From Styela clava (Eukaryota), in assembly GCF_964204865.1 (NCBI RefSeq), contig NC_135253.1, positions 15,314,001 to 15,378,000 on the forward strand: 64,000 bases of DNA, in the 5' to 3' direction. Below the pieces are notes generated by a model. The model made no database searches. It worked only from the letters and a program-made list of their open reading frames with translations, and was not told the origin of the DNA. The translations under genes were made by a program, and so were the position numbers. Below are positions 14,327 through 27,927 of the stretch, one piece after another. Each line of letters starts with the position of its first letter. Within the stretch, counting starts at the first letter, position 1.

Positions 14327-16100
14327 AGAGATGTACCGATGTATCGGTATTGGCAATATCGGCCAATTTTTCGGTGTAGTGTATCGGTATCGGCTAAATA
14401 AAGACCAATATTTCCGATATGTTTACCTTTTTGATATGATCCAGAATGTTTTAAAATAAAGTTGGAATACTGATGTTTAAGTTATTTTTTGCTCGGGGGA
14501 ATCGTAAACTAGGAGCTACACACGTCCCCACCCCCGCGAGTAGAAACGAGTATGGGATTCTGACCTGTTCTTAGTTATTTATCAGTCAAACGCTCAACTA
14601 ATTTGGCTATTTTTACTGTCAAATTTTTACATTGACGTTTTTAATATTACATAGTAATAATGAATAAATATATCAATCAAATATTAGTAGATTTTCTAAT
14701 GTGTAAAATACAAAATATGTCGTTATATTGGAACAAAATCGTGCGCACGTAACTCAATGTATCAACTTGATAGGATAAGTAGGCTAATTATTTACTTATT
14801 TCACCACCCTGGTAGCAAAACCTTATGAGCAGGGATGGCCATATCCATCGACAATTTTTAATACTTTTTAAAAATATTATCGATACTGAAATTCCGAATG
14901 CATTGTATAATCCCCCACAATTCACTTTCCTAAAATCCAGGGAAATATAAATTGAACTTTCATAATGTTATCATTGTAAAGCAGTCATAAGGCATGTATG
15001 ATATAAATGAAATTGCTTTAAGAAAGTAGACTTAATAAGCATTACAGCACAAAAATAAGAGCAACTAGGCTCCCAGTTTCAAATGATAGTGTAGAAACGT
15101 CTTTACTGACAGCATACGCACTTTTTGGCACGGTTATAAATTCTGACTGTTTATCGTTAAGCGCTGGTGTCATTTAGTCCATCGACATCTTTAAGCTAAA
15201 TTCCGACTCAATTATCTCTCTACACAGGTATTAAATATTGTGATTCCATTAATTTTAATTTTGTTCAACTACACGATAATATTTGCGATATATTATGAAA
15301 TAATAAAATCAGAAACATCCTCGACATGTTATAGGTATTTTCTAGCCAGCGCTGATTGAAATCCTCTCATGTCGATTGTAATTTATTGTCGCGACTCACG
15401 ATTATGATAAAACATAAAGCGAAATATATGCGAAATGTTTTCAAGTAAAACGTGGACGACGGCGCTACAATGTGTGGTCGATATTCGATATTCTTATAAT
15501 ACGATATTCGAAGGTCGCGTTATTACTATTAAATTCGAATTGGACATCCCTTCCATATTTGTGAAGAATTGAACACCGAGATTACGAGCTTCAGTACACA
15601 ATGCATCTGAATCAATTAACGCATTTGAATCCCAAACATTAATTTCTTATGATGTATTATCTAGGGCTGGGAATTTCGGAGAAAACACTTTAACCGTTAA
15701 CCGGGTAAAATTAACCGGTTAATCGCAGCGTGACATTTGACGTAATAATTTACAATTTTAGCTTGTTACGTCACAATGGTTACATATCAATTTTGAGTAT
15801 TCTTATCCTGGTATCGCTCAAAATTATTCACGAATGGAGATAGTTTCATGATCGCTCTGCTGCAAGAGATATGCAGCGTGCTTCGAACATATGGAGGTAT
15901 TTTAGTAAAACCTGAATCTGTTATTAAATGTCATTTATGTCAGGGGTGTCAAGCTTGCGGCCCGAGGGCCGCAGGCGGCCCCAGAGAACTGCCAATGCGG
16001 CCCGCGAACACTCAACAATAATTGTGTTTTTTTTGTAAGTTTTTTATTTATTTAAATAATCGTCAAAGTTTTGCAATAGTTTTGCAGTATTAAGAAACTT
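14327..16100. mobile_element. cluster of hAT-type MITE fragments
   Basis: TAGAGATGTACCGAT (14327); CAGGGATGGCCA…TGGACATCCCT pair (14830-15551); TAGGGCTGGG (15662); CAGGGGTGTCAAGCTTGCGGCCCG Charlie-like end (15940). Confidence 0.65.
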
Positions 16101-17913
16101 TTTTTGGGTCGAGGGTCGGGGAAACATCCATCGACTCGCACTATATTTATTATATTTTCTAAATTGGATTAATCCAGCACTTCATATTGATATACCCTAA
16201 TTCTTTATATTGAAGTTTGTGTAACGTCGTCTGTATCTCAACTCAGCAAATACAGTGTCACTGATACGATGACTTGTAGTCTTGCACGGCCCTCGTCAAT
16301 TGCGGAAATATTGCATGTCTGTTTATTCAATTGAACTTTTGTATTGTTATTTTTATTTTAATTGTGTCGATACAATATTCCATGCACGACGAAATAAACA
16401 TCTGAATCTATTACAGGGATGAAATAGGAAGTTTGCTTAAGATTGTTAAATGGCATACTGATACCGGTATTCATTTCGTCACACTGATTGCATAGGCAGA
16501 ACATAGACGTAGTTAATCTTAATATAGATCTCCTTCTTATAGAGCCAGGTCTAACAGACTTTCATCACGTTCAGTTCGCTAGTGGAGCAATGTTCAAATA
16601 TCTAAAATCCAAAAGGAGTACAACCGTGAAGGCCGCGCTCGAGGAAATTAAAACAGTATTCCAGTGAATCAAAATGAAACAGCAAAATTTTGAATATGAT
16701 ATTGGGTGTCAATAAATCAGAAAAATTCAGATGGAACGTAACAGCTTTTTGGCGAGTTCTGATAGCCTTGTTCCACGGTATGCTCCGGTCCTTAGGGATT
16801 GGCGATGTTGCCGAATAACCAAGTTCAATATTCAAATACCTTATACCCGCCCGGTAACCAGGCGAGAAGGTATGCTAATACTTGAGTTTAAAATGAGTAA
16901 GCCTGAATAAGAAACAGTCCCAAGTGAATACATGAAGCTCGATGGTCGGTTACCTACAATTTTATTTTTCAGCATAAAATTTTGTGTGTCAATTTAATAA
17001 ATCATTAACAAATACGCTGAATCAAATGCGCTCGCTGACCTAGTAATATCGCACCTTGAGGTACCACAGCAGCAACAATTGCGCTACGATTGCAAATAAA
17101 AATTAATGGTTCGCGTGTTGGTTGGTAACTTTAGTCAGGTGCCCTATTAGGAATATTATTGGACACGAAATGTACATATGAATCGTTTAGTTATTATTAT
17201 GTTGTTGTTCTTGTTGCTATTTTAAATATTACTCATTACTCCTGTTTTTCTATATAACAAAATTGGACGGTAAAATTTGTGTGAAAGTTTACAACTTACA
17301 GTAGAATCACCGTCCTCTGTTGGCGGATTGAATTGCCACTTACTTAAGTATGATTCACCACAAAGTATTCTACTGAAGCGAATGTACATTGTAACCATGA
17401 ATTTCAATGTTATTTAACCCCTCAATAGTAATAGTATGTTGAAGTAAATGGAAATACGTCATTCTAGCTACTTCCCTGATGAAGAGTTGTCGCGACAGCT
17501 CCAAGCATTAGCTTTTTGCATATAACCTTCTTTGTGTTTCCGGCTTCGTCTGAGTGTTGAAATAATAGTGTTTGTCATGTTCTTGTGATTTTGCTTTGGA
17601 TTCGACCGTATAACTGTAATAAGGTTTAAGTGTGTATTTGTTTTTGGATTCTTTAATAATTGGATTGTGCATATTTATAATATACGAAAATTTGGCATTA
17701 CAATACATTGTGTGCTTATTGACTTCTGAAGAGTTTAGATCGGAGTTACACTCTATTAAACGTGTGTCAACCCAATAACACGTGAGTGAAGCGCAGATAG
17801 GGATCCTCTCCCCTATACTACTCTGTTTGTATTTGTCAAGTCTTTATCCAATATTATGCTCTTCGCCAAGCTCAGAAAATCAGTATCAGTAGATTAGTAT
17901 AAAAGTTGTGAGG

Positions 17914-20900
17914 ATGCTGGTATTGACAGTGGCAGGAATCTTAGCAGCCTTGTCAGGCGTCGTTTTGTACTTCAAGTTGAAGTCTATGAGACTTGTCGAC
18001 CGAGTGAAACTACGTAAGTGTTTTATTAATAATGTAATAGTGCCTTACCTCAAAGCGTCAATCCCGAATTCTAATTATCGCTCAGGTCGCAGATACGATC
18101 GGTTTATAAATTTTTTATGATTGGATTGGGTCCAAAGTTGCAGTAATGACTTTTATAATTTCACACTAAATTTTGCTCGTTTTTATAATTAACGGGCTCC
18201 TATATTGTATTTAAGAAATGGCAATACATGCAAAGCTGAGGATTCCACAATTATTTCAACTAACCGGACTAGATACACGGATGAAGCCAAAACTAACCCA
18301 ATTCACGGCTTCGAATGGTTATAAAATTCTGCTGCCCTCACCGTTTACTGTTGCAGTTAATGAAATTTTAAAATTCAAAGTAAGAGAAGACGATGTTTTC
18401 ATCGTAGCTTATCCCAAAGCAGGTGAGGAAGAAAAGTAAAATGAAGGAATCGCGTGGTTTGTTAAACAACAAATTACAAAACTGAAAATGCCTATTTGTC
18501 TACCGTGTTTTCCCGAAAATAAGACAGTGTATTATTTCAATTTTCTTTCGAAAAATACCATTGGATCTTATTTTGGGGGGATGTATTTTATTTTCATTTA
18601 GAGAATTACGAGATTTTCAAATATACAAAATATGAAAACCGATATCCATTTACTTATAAACAACACGTTCTTATTTAAAATAACTACTAAACATAGATTC
18701 CTTTTAAACGAGTAGGAAAAATTTCTTGCTATCGAATAGGTCAAAAAAATTTGCGCTGTCGACTAGGTCTTATTTTAAAAGGGTAGGGCATATATTAAAT
18801 GATTTTAAAAATTTATGATAGGTCTTATTTTCATGGTAGGTCCTTTTTTCGGGGAGATCCGGTAGTACCAATGGAGCGGGATTCGATTTTTTGTGTGTGA
18901 TGAACGTCATCAAAATTAAAAATTGCGCAGCATGTATCGGTTCTGCGATCGCGATCTAGTGGTCAGGCGACGTCGGGAAGACCTCGTACCAAATCAAGTC
19001 AATTGGTACTGTGAAATATTAGATAGAATTATTAGAATACTTATATTGTATTACCTCGTTTTGGCTTTCGTGTCCATATATTTGAGCATTGCTCTCTTGT
19101 TGTAATAGTATTCGAACTTATTCCACATAAATTCATAAAGTCTATATGTATTGATGTTTGCTTTGTGTTATTTTTGTATTTTACAGGAACGACTTGGATG
19201 CAAGAAATTGTGTGGTTAATATGCAATGATGGAAATATAAAAGAAGCAAATAAACAATTGCTTACATTGAGAAGTCCGTTTCTGGAGATAGTGGATTGTC
19301 ATCTTCGCAATGGATTTCAATCTTTAGAAAATTGGTCAAGAAATAAACAAAGGTATATACCGTCACGCTAATACCCAAATTGCGTAAGTCATATTCAGCA
19401 ATTTTGAGAAAAACGTAATAATGATATTGTTATGCCATTGAGAGTAAATAATTTCCCATGGTTCAATTTTTTAGTCGTCTCCGAATTTGAAATTTATTTG
19501 TATGATGTAGGCACGTGACGTCATAATGGCACACTGTGACTTATGCAAAATGTGCCTATGACTTGGGAACATAGCAATTTTGCAACTTGATTTTATCCAT
19601 CAGTCCTGAAAATCAAACATTCGAAAAACATATGTAATTTACATTATTCACGATGTCTAAACCCCTAAACAGCCTATCTGTTTTAACTATTATTCTTTTT
19701 ATGTTTGATATATACAGTGATGAGCTGGAAAGATCGTAACAACCGGAACGCACCAAATTCGTGAAAATTTAATATATATATATTTACAACACGACGCTAC
19801 CAGTAATTTTGTCTGTGGTAAGATAGAGCCGAAGAACTACAATGAAATATGAAAAAATTATCTGAAATATGACTGTTTAAAATTGAAAGAATCTTCATAC
19901 TAATTCAATACAAATGTTATTATTAGATAGATATTCACGGGGTCAAAGGTCGGCGAAATATCCATTAAACGTTACTGCTGTGCACCAATTATTTGCCAGC
20001 TGTAATGTAAAAAGAATTATGATGCAACAAAACATCAATTAATAACTAAGTTTCCCGCAGAAACTAGACTTTTCGAACCATAATTTTATTTTAACAACAG
20101 GAACGCAAACGCGATAAAACGTCCAACAACCGGAACGCCGTTCCGGTTCGTTCCGGCTACAGCTCATCACTGGATATATATATATATATTTCATCAATAT
20201 AACGCACTCTGTACACCCACCGAAAATAAGACTTTCCCTAAATAATAAATATAAAGAATAAAAAAGAAATGAATGAATCCTTAAATAAAAGCCAACCAAT
20301 ATGAATTGGACTTAGAAAGTGGATATCACACGTGCTCACTTCACTTTAACAATTGCAATAATGTGCACGTCACATTAATCTCCATTTTATGCGTTTCGGA
20401 ATCCTTGGGATAAAATCTGAATTAACTGACAGGTGCGCAATTCGGTTATTAGCCTGACGATACACCTTTATTAGTTGATTCTAATGATGAAACTAAAACA
20501 AACAAATACAATCAAAATGTGAACATTGTATCACGGTCACATTCTATGCAAATTTCGACAGTGAATAGTTTTATTGAAATAATGATATATTATGATGGTC
20601 TCTCTGTATCCCATTTATTTCATTACCGAAGTCGATTCAATTCCAGCCAAACTAAAAATTTGGAATTTTCATTATATCTTTGTTATTTATAAAAAAAAAA
20701 TCCGGGGCTTTTCAGCATTAGGAAATAATAAAAACTCCATATTACTTACTAACAGCTTACCCACAACGTTTTAATGTATCGTTGAGTAACGCAATTAATC
20801 CTTTAATTTTTCTTCAAATGGTTGAATTATATTCAGTTAATAAATAGGTCACAAGAACTTTAATTTCAGAGTGATAAAGACTCATCTTCCGTACGAACTG

Positions 20901-22061
20901 TTACCAGAAGACATTAGGAAAGGAAAAAGATGCAAAATTATTTACGTAGCAAGAAATCCAAAGGACCTATGCGTTTCATACTATCATTTTCATCGCTGCT
21001 CTAAAATGTTGAAAGACCCAGGAACGTGGCCAGAATTCTTCGCAAATTTCTGCTCACACAGAGTAGGATTTGGAGATTGGTTTGACCATACGCTAAAATT
21101 TTGGGAGGTTGGTTTGTAATTAATTTTTGTGAAAATTATTATTGAATAATACATTTAACTTGTGGTTTTCAAACTTTCTGACGGAGCGAAACCGCAATGA
21201 AACATTGCGAAGGCTCGAGGAACGTTTGTGCAATACCTGCGAGGTAGTAAGAATGATTGTATAAACTATATATATATATGAGCAAACTTAATGCTGACAA
21301 AACAAAATAATCTTTAAAATGCAGCAAGTTTGATCAAAAAAAAAATTCATAAATCTGATAATATATTATACGTTTCCGGAAAATTCGCCGCAGGAAATTT
21401 CGCCGTAGGAAATCTCGCCGCAGGAAATTTTGCAAAGGGTATTCAAAAACCAAACTGTTGTTATCAAAAATACTTGTTTTACAGCAAAATGCTCTTGCAG
21501 CGAATTTTCATGCGGCGAAATTTCCTAGAACCATATTAACTCTCGGCTTTAGATGTAAACTCCCGGAACCTCTGGTTGAAAATCAGAATATATGTTGACA
21601 TGCTTGTATTGTTTATTCGATAATGGTTCACATATATTTATATATAGATCACGAAAATAAATTTATTCAAACTAAACACTCACGTTACTGATTCATGTTA
21701 TTAGAAATATCAAGAAGACAAGGAAAAAATATATTTCGAAACTTACGAAAATTTGAAGAAAGATCTTCGAAAAGAAGTTGAATCAATGTCAAAATTTCTT
21801 GAAAAAAAATTGTCGGAACAACAACTGGACGCTATTTCTGAACATTGTACATTTGACAGCATGAGTAAAAACAGAAGCACAAATATGTCAATGTTAGGAC
21901 AAAATAGTATTTCCACGAAGAAGTCAAAGTTCATGAGAAAGGGACAGGTTGGTGATTGGAGAAATTATTTTACGATAAATCAAAGCTTGGCCTTTGATGA
22001 GTTATACCAAGAAAAATCAAAGGAACGGGATTTGATATTTCTTTTGGAAATTGAATTTTAA
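17914..22061 (+). CDS. SULT-D: sulfotransferase with N-terminal anchor; exons 17914-18013, 18216-18422, 19187-19352, 20870-21107, 21705-22061; last ~13 codons frameshifted
   Basis: GT-AG exons 100/207/166/238 nt with intact motifs AYPKAGTTW, IKTH and RKGQVGDWRNYFT. One A is missing in the run at ~22012-22016 relative to SULT-E. Confidence 0.9.
18503..18862. mobile_element. Tc1/pogo-like MITE in SULT-D intron 2
   Basis: TA|CCGTGTTTTCCCGAAAATAAGAC … TTTTTTCGGGGAGATCCGG|TA; related copy in reverse orientation at 37057-37321. Confidence 0.75.
19715..20172. mobile_element. hAT MITE in SULT-D intron 3
   Basis: Perfect TIR CAGTGATGAGCTG / CAGCTCATCACTG; perfect 8-bp TSD GATATATA. Confidence 0.9.
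21161..21585. mobile_element. Charlie-like hAT MITE with a nested 15-bp-repeat (GGAAATTTCGCCGCA) element; shared with SULT-E intron 4 (~30627-31275)
   Basis: GTGGTTTTCAAAC … GGTTGAAAATC ends; inverted GGAAATTTCGCCG arrays at ~21371-21532. Confidence 0.6.
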
Positions 22062-22751
22062 GTTAAATATCATTATTCTGCATTATGATTGGGAAAGGAA
22101 TTTACAAAGATAATTATTACACACCATTGTATCCACGAATAAAAATGATTCAAATATTGAAAAATTCTGTATGTTTCAATCGAAATAGTTGACGGGAAAC
22201 ACTGCATTTTTTAAAGTTCAGACAATTTTCTATTAGGCTACATGAAGCATGGAATAAATCATACTCTTGGGACACGAAATGTACTTATGGATCGTTTTGT
22301 TATTATGTTATTGTTCTTGTTCGTTATTCTATTTTCTTGTTGTTGTTACAAAAAAATTACTTTTTCGTGGGTAAAAGTTGTATTTTTACCAATCATTTAT
22401 TTCAAAAATTTCTGCGGGCCCAATAAGAATCGTCATTTGTGTGCGATGGAGCTATCAAATTGCCCACCTTGTGGCAATTTCGCTTTCACGGTCAAGCGAA
22501 TTCATGAAGACTGCGGTGCCGGTGGTATAATATGACAGATTGCATGCCCGTATCACTTCGTTTTGGCCTTAATGTTCATATATTTGAGCATGGCTCTCTT
22601 TCTTCTTATATATTTGTGACAAAGACACAAAAATTTAAATTCGACATTCTTGATCAATGAGGATGAAGAAGCAGATATTTGTATATATATATATAAATTA
22701 TTATTCTATTGTTATATATTATAATCACATTTAAAATGAAATAAAATCCAT

Positions 22752-25700
22752 TTATTGTCCTCCAATCATAACATCAAGAACTTTTTTAAAGAACTGCTTC
22801 GGTTCTTCCAATTCATGAAACAGCAGGTCGGCGACATCATTATTCGCCAGGTCTTCATTCTGTAGAAAGAAAGCGTGTGCTTTCTGAAACATCGTACCAG
22901 AGAAAAGGTGGCCAACTTTTGAATTGGGTATTGGGCATCCTAAGAGGTTGTTTAGTCGCATTGCTTCGCAAATAATGGTTTGCCATTGTGCAGAAAAGTG
23001 CAATGCTACCTTGTCATAACTGCTTTTAGGTATTTGACGAAAAGCATCTGGCAAGGAGTCACCACCGATCTCATTGTAAGAACACGAAAACGTCAGTGCT
23101 AGTGCTTTACACACTTCGTCTAGTGGTGCCTGTTCTTGACATCTTGCCCAACTGTAAATACTTAAAACGAGAAGCTTGTTTTCCTCGCCAAGAACAGCTG
23201 CATCTGAAAAATCCGCATTCTGTATCATAGCTTTCGTAAGATATTCTTCTCGTGCGGCCATGATCACTTCACAAGTGTCGCATGCTCTTAATTCATCCCG
23301 TGTCATTTCAAGATGTAATTCTTCTGTTTGGTCCGCGTTTGGAACTGTCACTGCCATCACGTTTGCTGCATAATTTTGTCCTATTCGATCCATTTCTACA
23401 ATATGACGTTCAACCACATTATCATTTTCCTCCCTGTTAAAATGGATGATACATCCCAATTCGTAGAGCGATTGGCGAATCGAAAACGATGCTACATGGG
23501 AAGTGTTGTTCTCTGGGTTATCCACCATAAGCGGCATGAAACTCGCTGGGTCTTGCATTCCTTCGACGATCTCAAAACAATCTGGCTTTACGTCAGCTGA
23601 TTCGCCACCGTTAAGCAATGTATCCACATAGGTTTGAATATCAGGAAGCTGTTGATATATACGTAAAAATTCTCTGAATCTTTCTTCTGGAAAGTTTGGA
23701 TTGTTTGCCACGAATAATCGGATAATTTGATCGTTACTTTGATAACGGGCCAGCCACACCAACGCACATTCAATTGCATTTCGGAGATTCCTCGGACGCC
23801 TTACTTCCTGTAAAACAACGTTTGCTGTTATTAACTATGTAATTGATGCTTCGACTGATGCTCACCCACTATTAAACTATTTTACTGTTTTTTTTTCTGT
23901 ATATATATGTATATATATATATATGCATTGTGAATCACTACAAAGTCACGAAAGTTGCTTTAGTGAAAAATACATTGGAAAAAAATGTTCTGCGTATCTC
24001 GAGCTCCACAAGAGGGTAGAAAATTGCGACATTGCAAATAGTTCGCATAAATGTACATAGTTTGGCTATTATTATATTTTTCAAAAATTCCGGGGTATAT
24101 TGCTAGTGATTGTACAATCTCCCAGTTACAGATTTAAAACCATACCCAATGACTTATAGTGATTACTAAATCAAAAGTTTCCCATTTAATAATGAATATT
24201 TTCAGTCTCACTTTCCATATAAGACCTCATTGATTCCATCTAGAACCTAATTTCACCTTATGCCATTCTAAACATGGATATTTTATAGTTATTCACCCCA
24301 GGAAAAACTTGCAAGAAATCCTCAAAGTTTCCACCGAGGATTCCGTCTTGTGTGCTCATCAATGCCCCGAGAACAGATAACGCATTCCTCGGAGTTTCAA
24401 ACGTAATTTCCAAGATTGACTGACGAAATATTTTCCCTCGACAAGACCGTTGAGGTCGTTTTACCTAACAATGAATGTGAAATAAAACCCCAAGATCGAC
24501 TTTGATATAAAATGAAGCATATTTGTGAAAAGAATATAGAAATGAGATTTAACAAATTAAATAAAAGTAATATATATATTCATTATAAAATTATATCTTA
24601 TTATATTTTCGTGGCCAAGGCTCCCTCCAAGGTGCGCAGTACCAACGACCATTTGCGCAGTAAAATCTATATGGCTCGTGGCCCTCTTTGGAGGCTTTCA
24701 GCACTCATGGCCCTCCTGTTTAACAATTCAGTGGCATTTATATACTTTGATTGGTAGATTCCAAATTCCATTATGATCAAACAGTTCATGCCCATCAAAG
24801 TGAAAACACCCCATGATATAACTAAGCAATGAAACTTTAGGAAGAACGGGGAGGAATAATATTGTGAATTAAAAAGGAAAATCTGTCGGAAACCGTTGGT
24901 CTGACCAGGCCTGTCCGTGGGAATAGAATTCCCATCAGAATCCAATGGTTTGGAATGGGACAGCACACATTTTTATATCCCATGGGACACGAAAACCGTA
25001 TGATTTTCGGGGAAATGATGGTAAAACACTTCGTTATGGACTTCGTTTCCATATATTTGAGCATATCTCTCTTGTTAGGTATAAAGAGCCAAATATATTC
25101 ACCATCAACAATATACTTCGTGATGGGGCTGATGGACACATTTATAAGGGTTTCACCACATTTGAACCCACGTACATTTGAACCCACAACAATTGCACCT
25201 GTATACTATTTTTTGTTTACGGATATTTGAACCCATGCTAACCCTAACCCATGAATTTTAGCACCCTCATATATATTGAACCCGCGGATATACGGGTGCA
25301 AATGTATGGGTTCAAATGTACGCGGGTTCAAATGTACCGTCACCATGTATAATAGTTATGAATATAAAGTTAACAAAGTCCGTAAACTTGGTTATTTTGT
25401 ATGTCTATTCGTACATGTAGTCATGTTTAGTAGACGCTAAACCCAAATTTAACAATTTTTATCGAATTTCATTCCAATGGGATGGGCTGGGACAGGCATA
25501 ATTGCTATGGGATGGTATTGGAACAAAGAATATGTTCCATGGACAAGCCTGGGTCTAACTCTAACCTAACTAGAAATGCCTATTCCACGTTTCAGTGCTG
25601 TATCTTGGTTATCACTGTTGATTGTGATGTCACACACGTGTATGTTACGGCCTAGTTCTAGTATCTCTATTTATCTATACAAGCGCGGTCGGAGTCGCAT

Positions 25701-27927
25701 TTCGAAATCTTGAACAAACGATATGGATTTCTTGCTACGTCGGGAAAATTTGTCGGTTGCTCGTAGCCGTGTGGTCATGGTCTAAAATGGTCGGAATTTG
25801 AATAAGTTTACGGGACTGCTAGCGCCGTCAGCTCTTAGGCCTCGAGTTTCGGCACACGTGGCCATGGGATTTTATACTAAATGATATCAGTGTTATAATA
25901 TAAAAAAATTATGTTTACCAGGAATATGAGTTGAATGTGTACTTTGTTCGTATTCTGATAATATAATATAACATTGTAATATTTTACAAAGTCTGTAAAT
26001 CATTCATTTATGCTCAGGTTTAAAATATCCATGCCTATTTACAAATATTTGCTGAGTGTAAAGTTCTTATATGGAACATGGGTCGTGACATCATACCATT
26101 AATATTGCGTCGCCAGAAAACGTACGCATGTTTACTTCGGCATTGTAAATTAAACATATTCAAAATAATGGTGGACTGTTAGGGACGGATTCATGCTTGA
26201 CAAAAAATGCAGAAATATATAAAAAAAAAATTAATATTAGCTTTTGTGAACTGTAAACCTAACTACATCGGAGTAACTCTACATCTTGCTTCAAATACAA
26301 AAACATTAACATTGTAAAACAATGTCTACTGCACTATAATATTACCTCTCGCCATTTGAAGTCGCTCATAAAAAGAAATCCCTTGTTGACGTCAAATATA
26401 CAGAAATCAGTGTCCGACGCAAGAACCATCGCGTCAAGTTCGTTGGCAATTGCGGCGATTTGGGCATCAGCATCTCCAGGAACAACAATGAAAGGGACAC
26501 CAAGTTCAGTTAAAGTTTGCCTCAACACATCCTCTAGAAAATTTTGAAAAAAGATGATAAAATTTAAACTATCATACATACTTGCAATGAAAAACAATTG
26601 AACAAATTGCATTAGCAAGCTAGTCACGTGACTGATATGGGAAACGGTTTATATGACGTGTTGCATGCACCATTCCCCGCGGTAAAATGGCAAAACATCT
26701 CTCCGCGCACCATCGCTGTTAATGGATGTTTGCTTGCTACGTTATGTCTTAATAACCGTTTATTTCACGAATAAAATTTGGCGCTTCCGACGTATGTGCA
26801 CCAAGATGGCGCACAACCTGAACCCTAACCTGGTACACATACTATGTTCAGGTTGTGCGCCATACTTCTGGAGCTCCTAAAATTTAAACTGACTTCCAAG
26901 TAAAGGCTTTTCTTGTATTCTTGAATTCTCAGAGTTCACCAGTTCTCTTATACCACCCAATCTGGCAGTTTTCTCTTCGAGAAATCTTGTTATGTTGTTT
27001 CTCGATTTGAAACTAAAAACAATATCACGATAAAAGCACAACCACTGATTTATTTTTGTCATGTGGAAAAGTAGAAAACATATATTGATTAGTTATGGTT
27101 AAGTTATTACCGCGAAATAAGAAGAAAATAAATGACAAAAATCTTTTGAAATAGAGCAGTTTAAAAATATAAAATTTTATCGTTATAGTTCAAATGAGCT
27201 AGCCGCAAATAGCGCCGCATCTCAAGTTATATGTGTTAAAGTTATGGAATACTATATTGCTATAGTTCAACAAACTAGTAGAGCCCTTTTCAATAATATT
27301 TTGGTAGATTGTAAATTTGTTCTTGTTTACCTGTCAAATACCACGTAAGGTTGAATACGGCAACGGTTCAATACTTCGACAAATTGTTCTATTGTAGATC
27401 GAAATGACGTATAATCGCCGCCACGCCTGAAAATATTTTAATTGAAAGGGACTAACAATGAAGTAAATTGTGAGGCTATACATTTTGCGTGGGTAGTATT
27501 TTGCAAAGCTTCATTAGTTTTTCGTCGGTAATGAAATAGTATAATTCTATTTATACCTTCAACGTGAAACATGTATGACCCGTACGGTCGTACCCATTTT
27601 TCGGAATACACGTTTGTTATGCAATCAGAGTTTTATTTTGAAATATTACCTGCAATCTTATTTACAAAGATATCTGACATAGCTGAATAATCAACCGTAC
27701 ATAATCGAGCTAAATGTTCAATGATTGCTACAATAAATGTATTCAAAATATATACCGGTATATTAAATTGCAATATTCTACCTGGAATCCAAATGGCCAC
27801 AATCAAAGTAAAGAAAATACAGCAATTCTGATCCATCGATGATAACGTTTGTGTCACTCACATTGATATCTTCTAATAAAGGTTTGGGGTATTTGTGAAC
27901 GAAACCATGCAATCCTTTGACTCCCAT
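22752..27927 (-). CDS. ASTE1: asteroid homolog 1-like XPG/PIN-domain nuclease, copy 1, 590 aa; exons 27782-27927, 27331-27426, 26894-27012, 26346-26533, 24297-24464, 22752-23807
   Basis: Spliced ORF of 1773 nt. Hallmark ASTE1 motifs: MGVKGLHGFV…VIIDG…GGDYTSF…PYVVFD…GDADAQIA…VLASDTDFCIFD…HFSAQWQ…LNNLLGCP…LFSG. Confidence 0.9.
24906..25551. mobile_element. hAT MITE in ASTE1-1 intron 4
   Basis: TIR CAGGCCTGTCCGTGG / CCATGGACAAGCCTG; TSD GGTCTGAC / GGTCTAAC; empty site GGCCTAAC in copy 3 (~45353). Confidence 0.88.
25149..25344. mobile_element. MULE-like MITE (ACATTTGAACCC subterminal repeats) nested in the hAT MITE
   Basis: GG…CC ends; degenerate 9-bp TSD ATTTATAAG / ATGTATAAT; same family as 59190-59373 in reverse orientation. 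Confidence 0.75.
26780..26877. mobile_element. ~100-bp palindromic MITE (GG…CC ends, 8-bp TSD)
   Basis: ATGGCGCACAACCTGAAC / GTTCAGGTTGTGCGCCAT inverted repeat; TSD TAAAATTT on both sides; absent from the other ASTE1 copies; related copy at ~30955-31064. Confidence 0.85.

Noticed and set aside
16540-16860. Coding-looking stretch (ORF 16602-16835)
   Set aside because: No recognisable domain; it lies among TE fragments.
22061-22752. SULT and ASTE1 as an obligate two-gene functional system
   Set aside because: SULT partners are dead in three of four units, and F and G share a disabling insertion. Co-duplication by proximity is sufficient.
23176-23600. Conserved + strand ORFs (MFSSPRTAASEK…) repeated in each unit, and similar antisense ORFs over SULT exon 5
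   Set aside because: They are antisense shadows of ASTE1 and SULT exons.
25238-25250. CTAACCCTAACCC as an interstitial telomere
   Set aside because: Only two units, located inside a MITE core.
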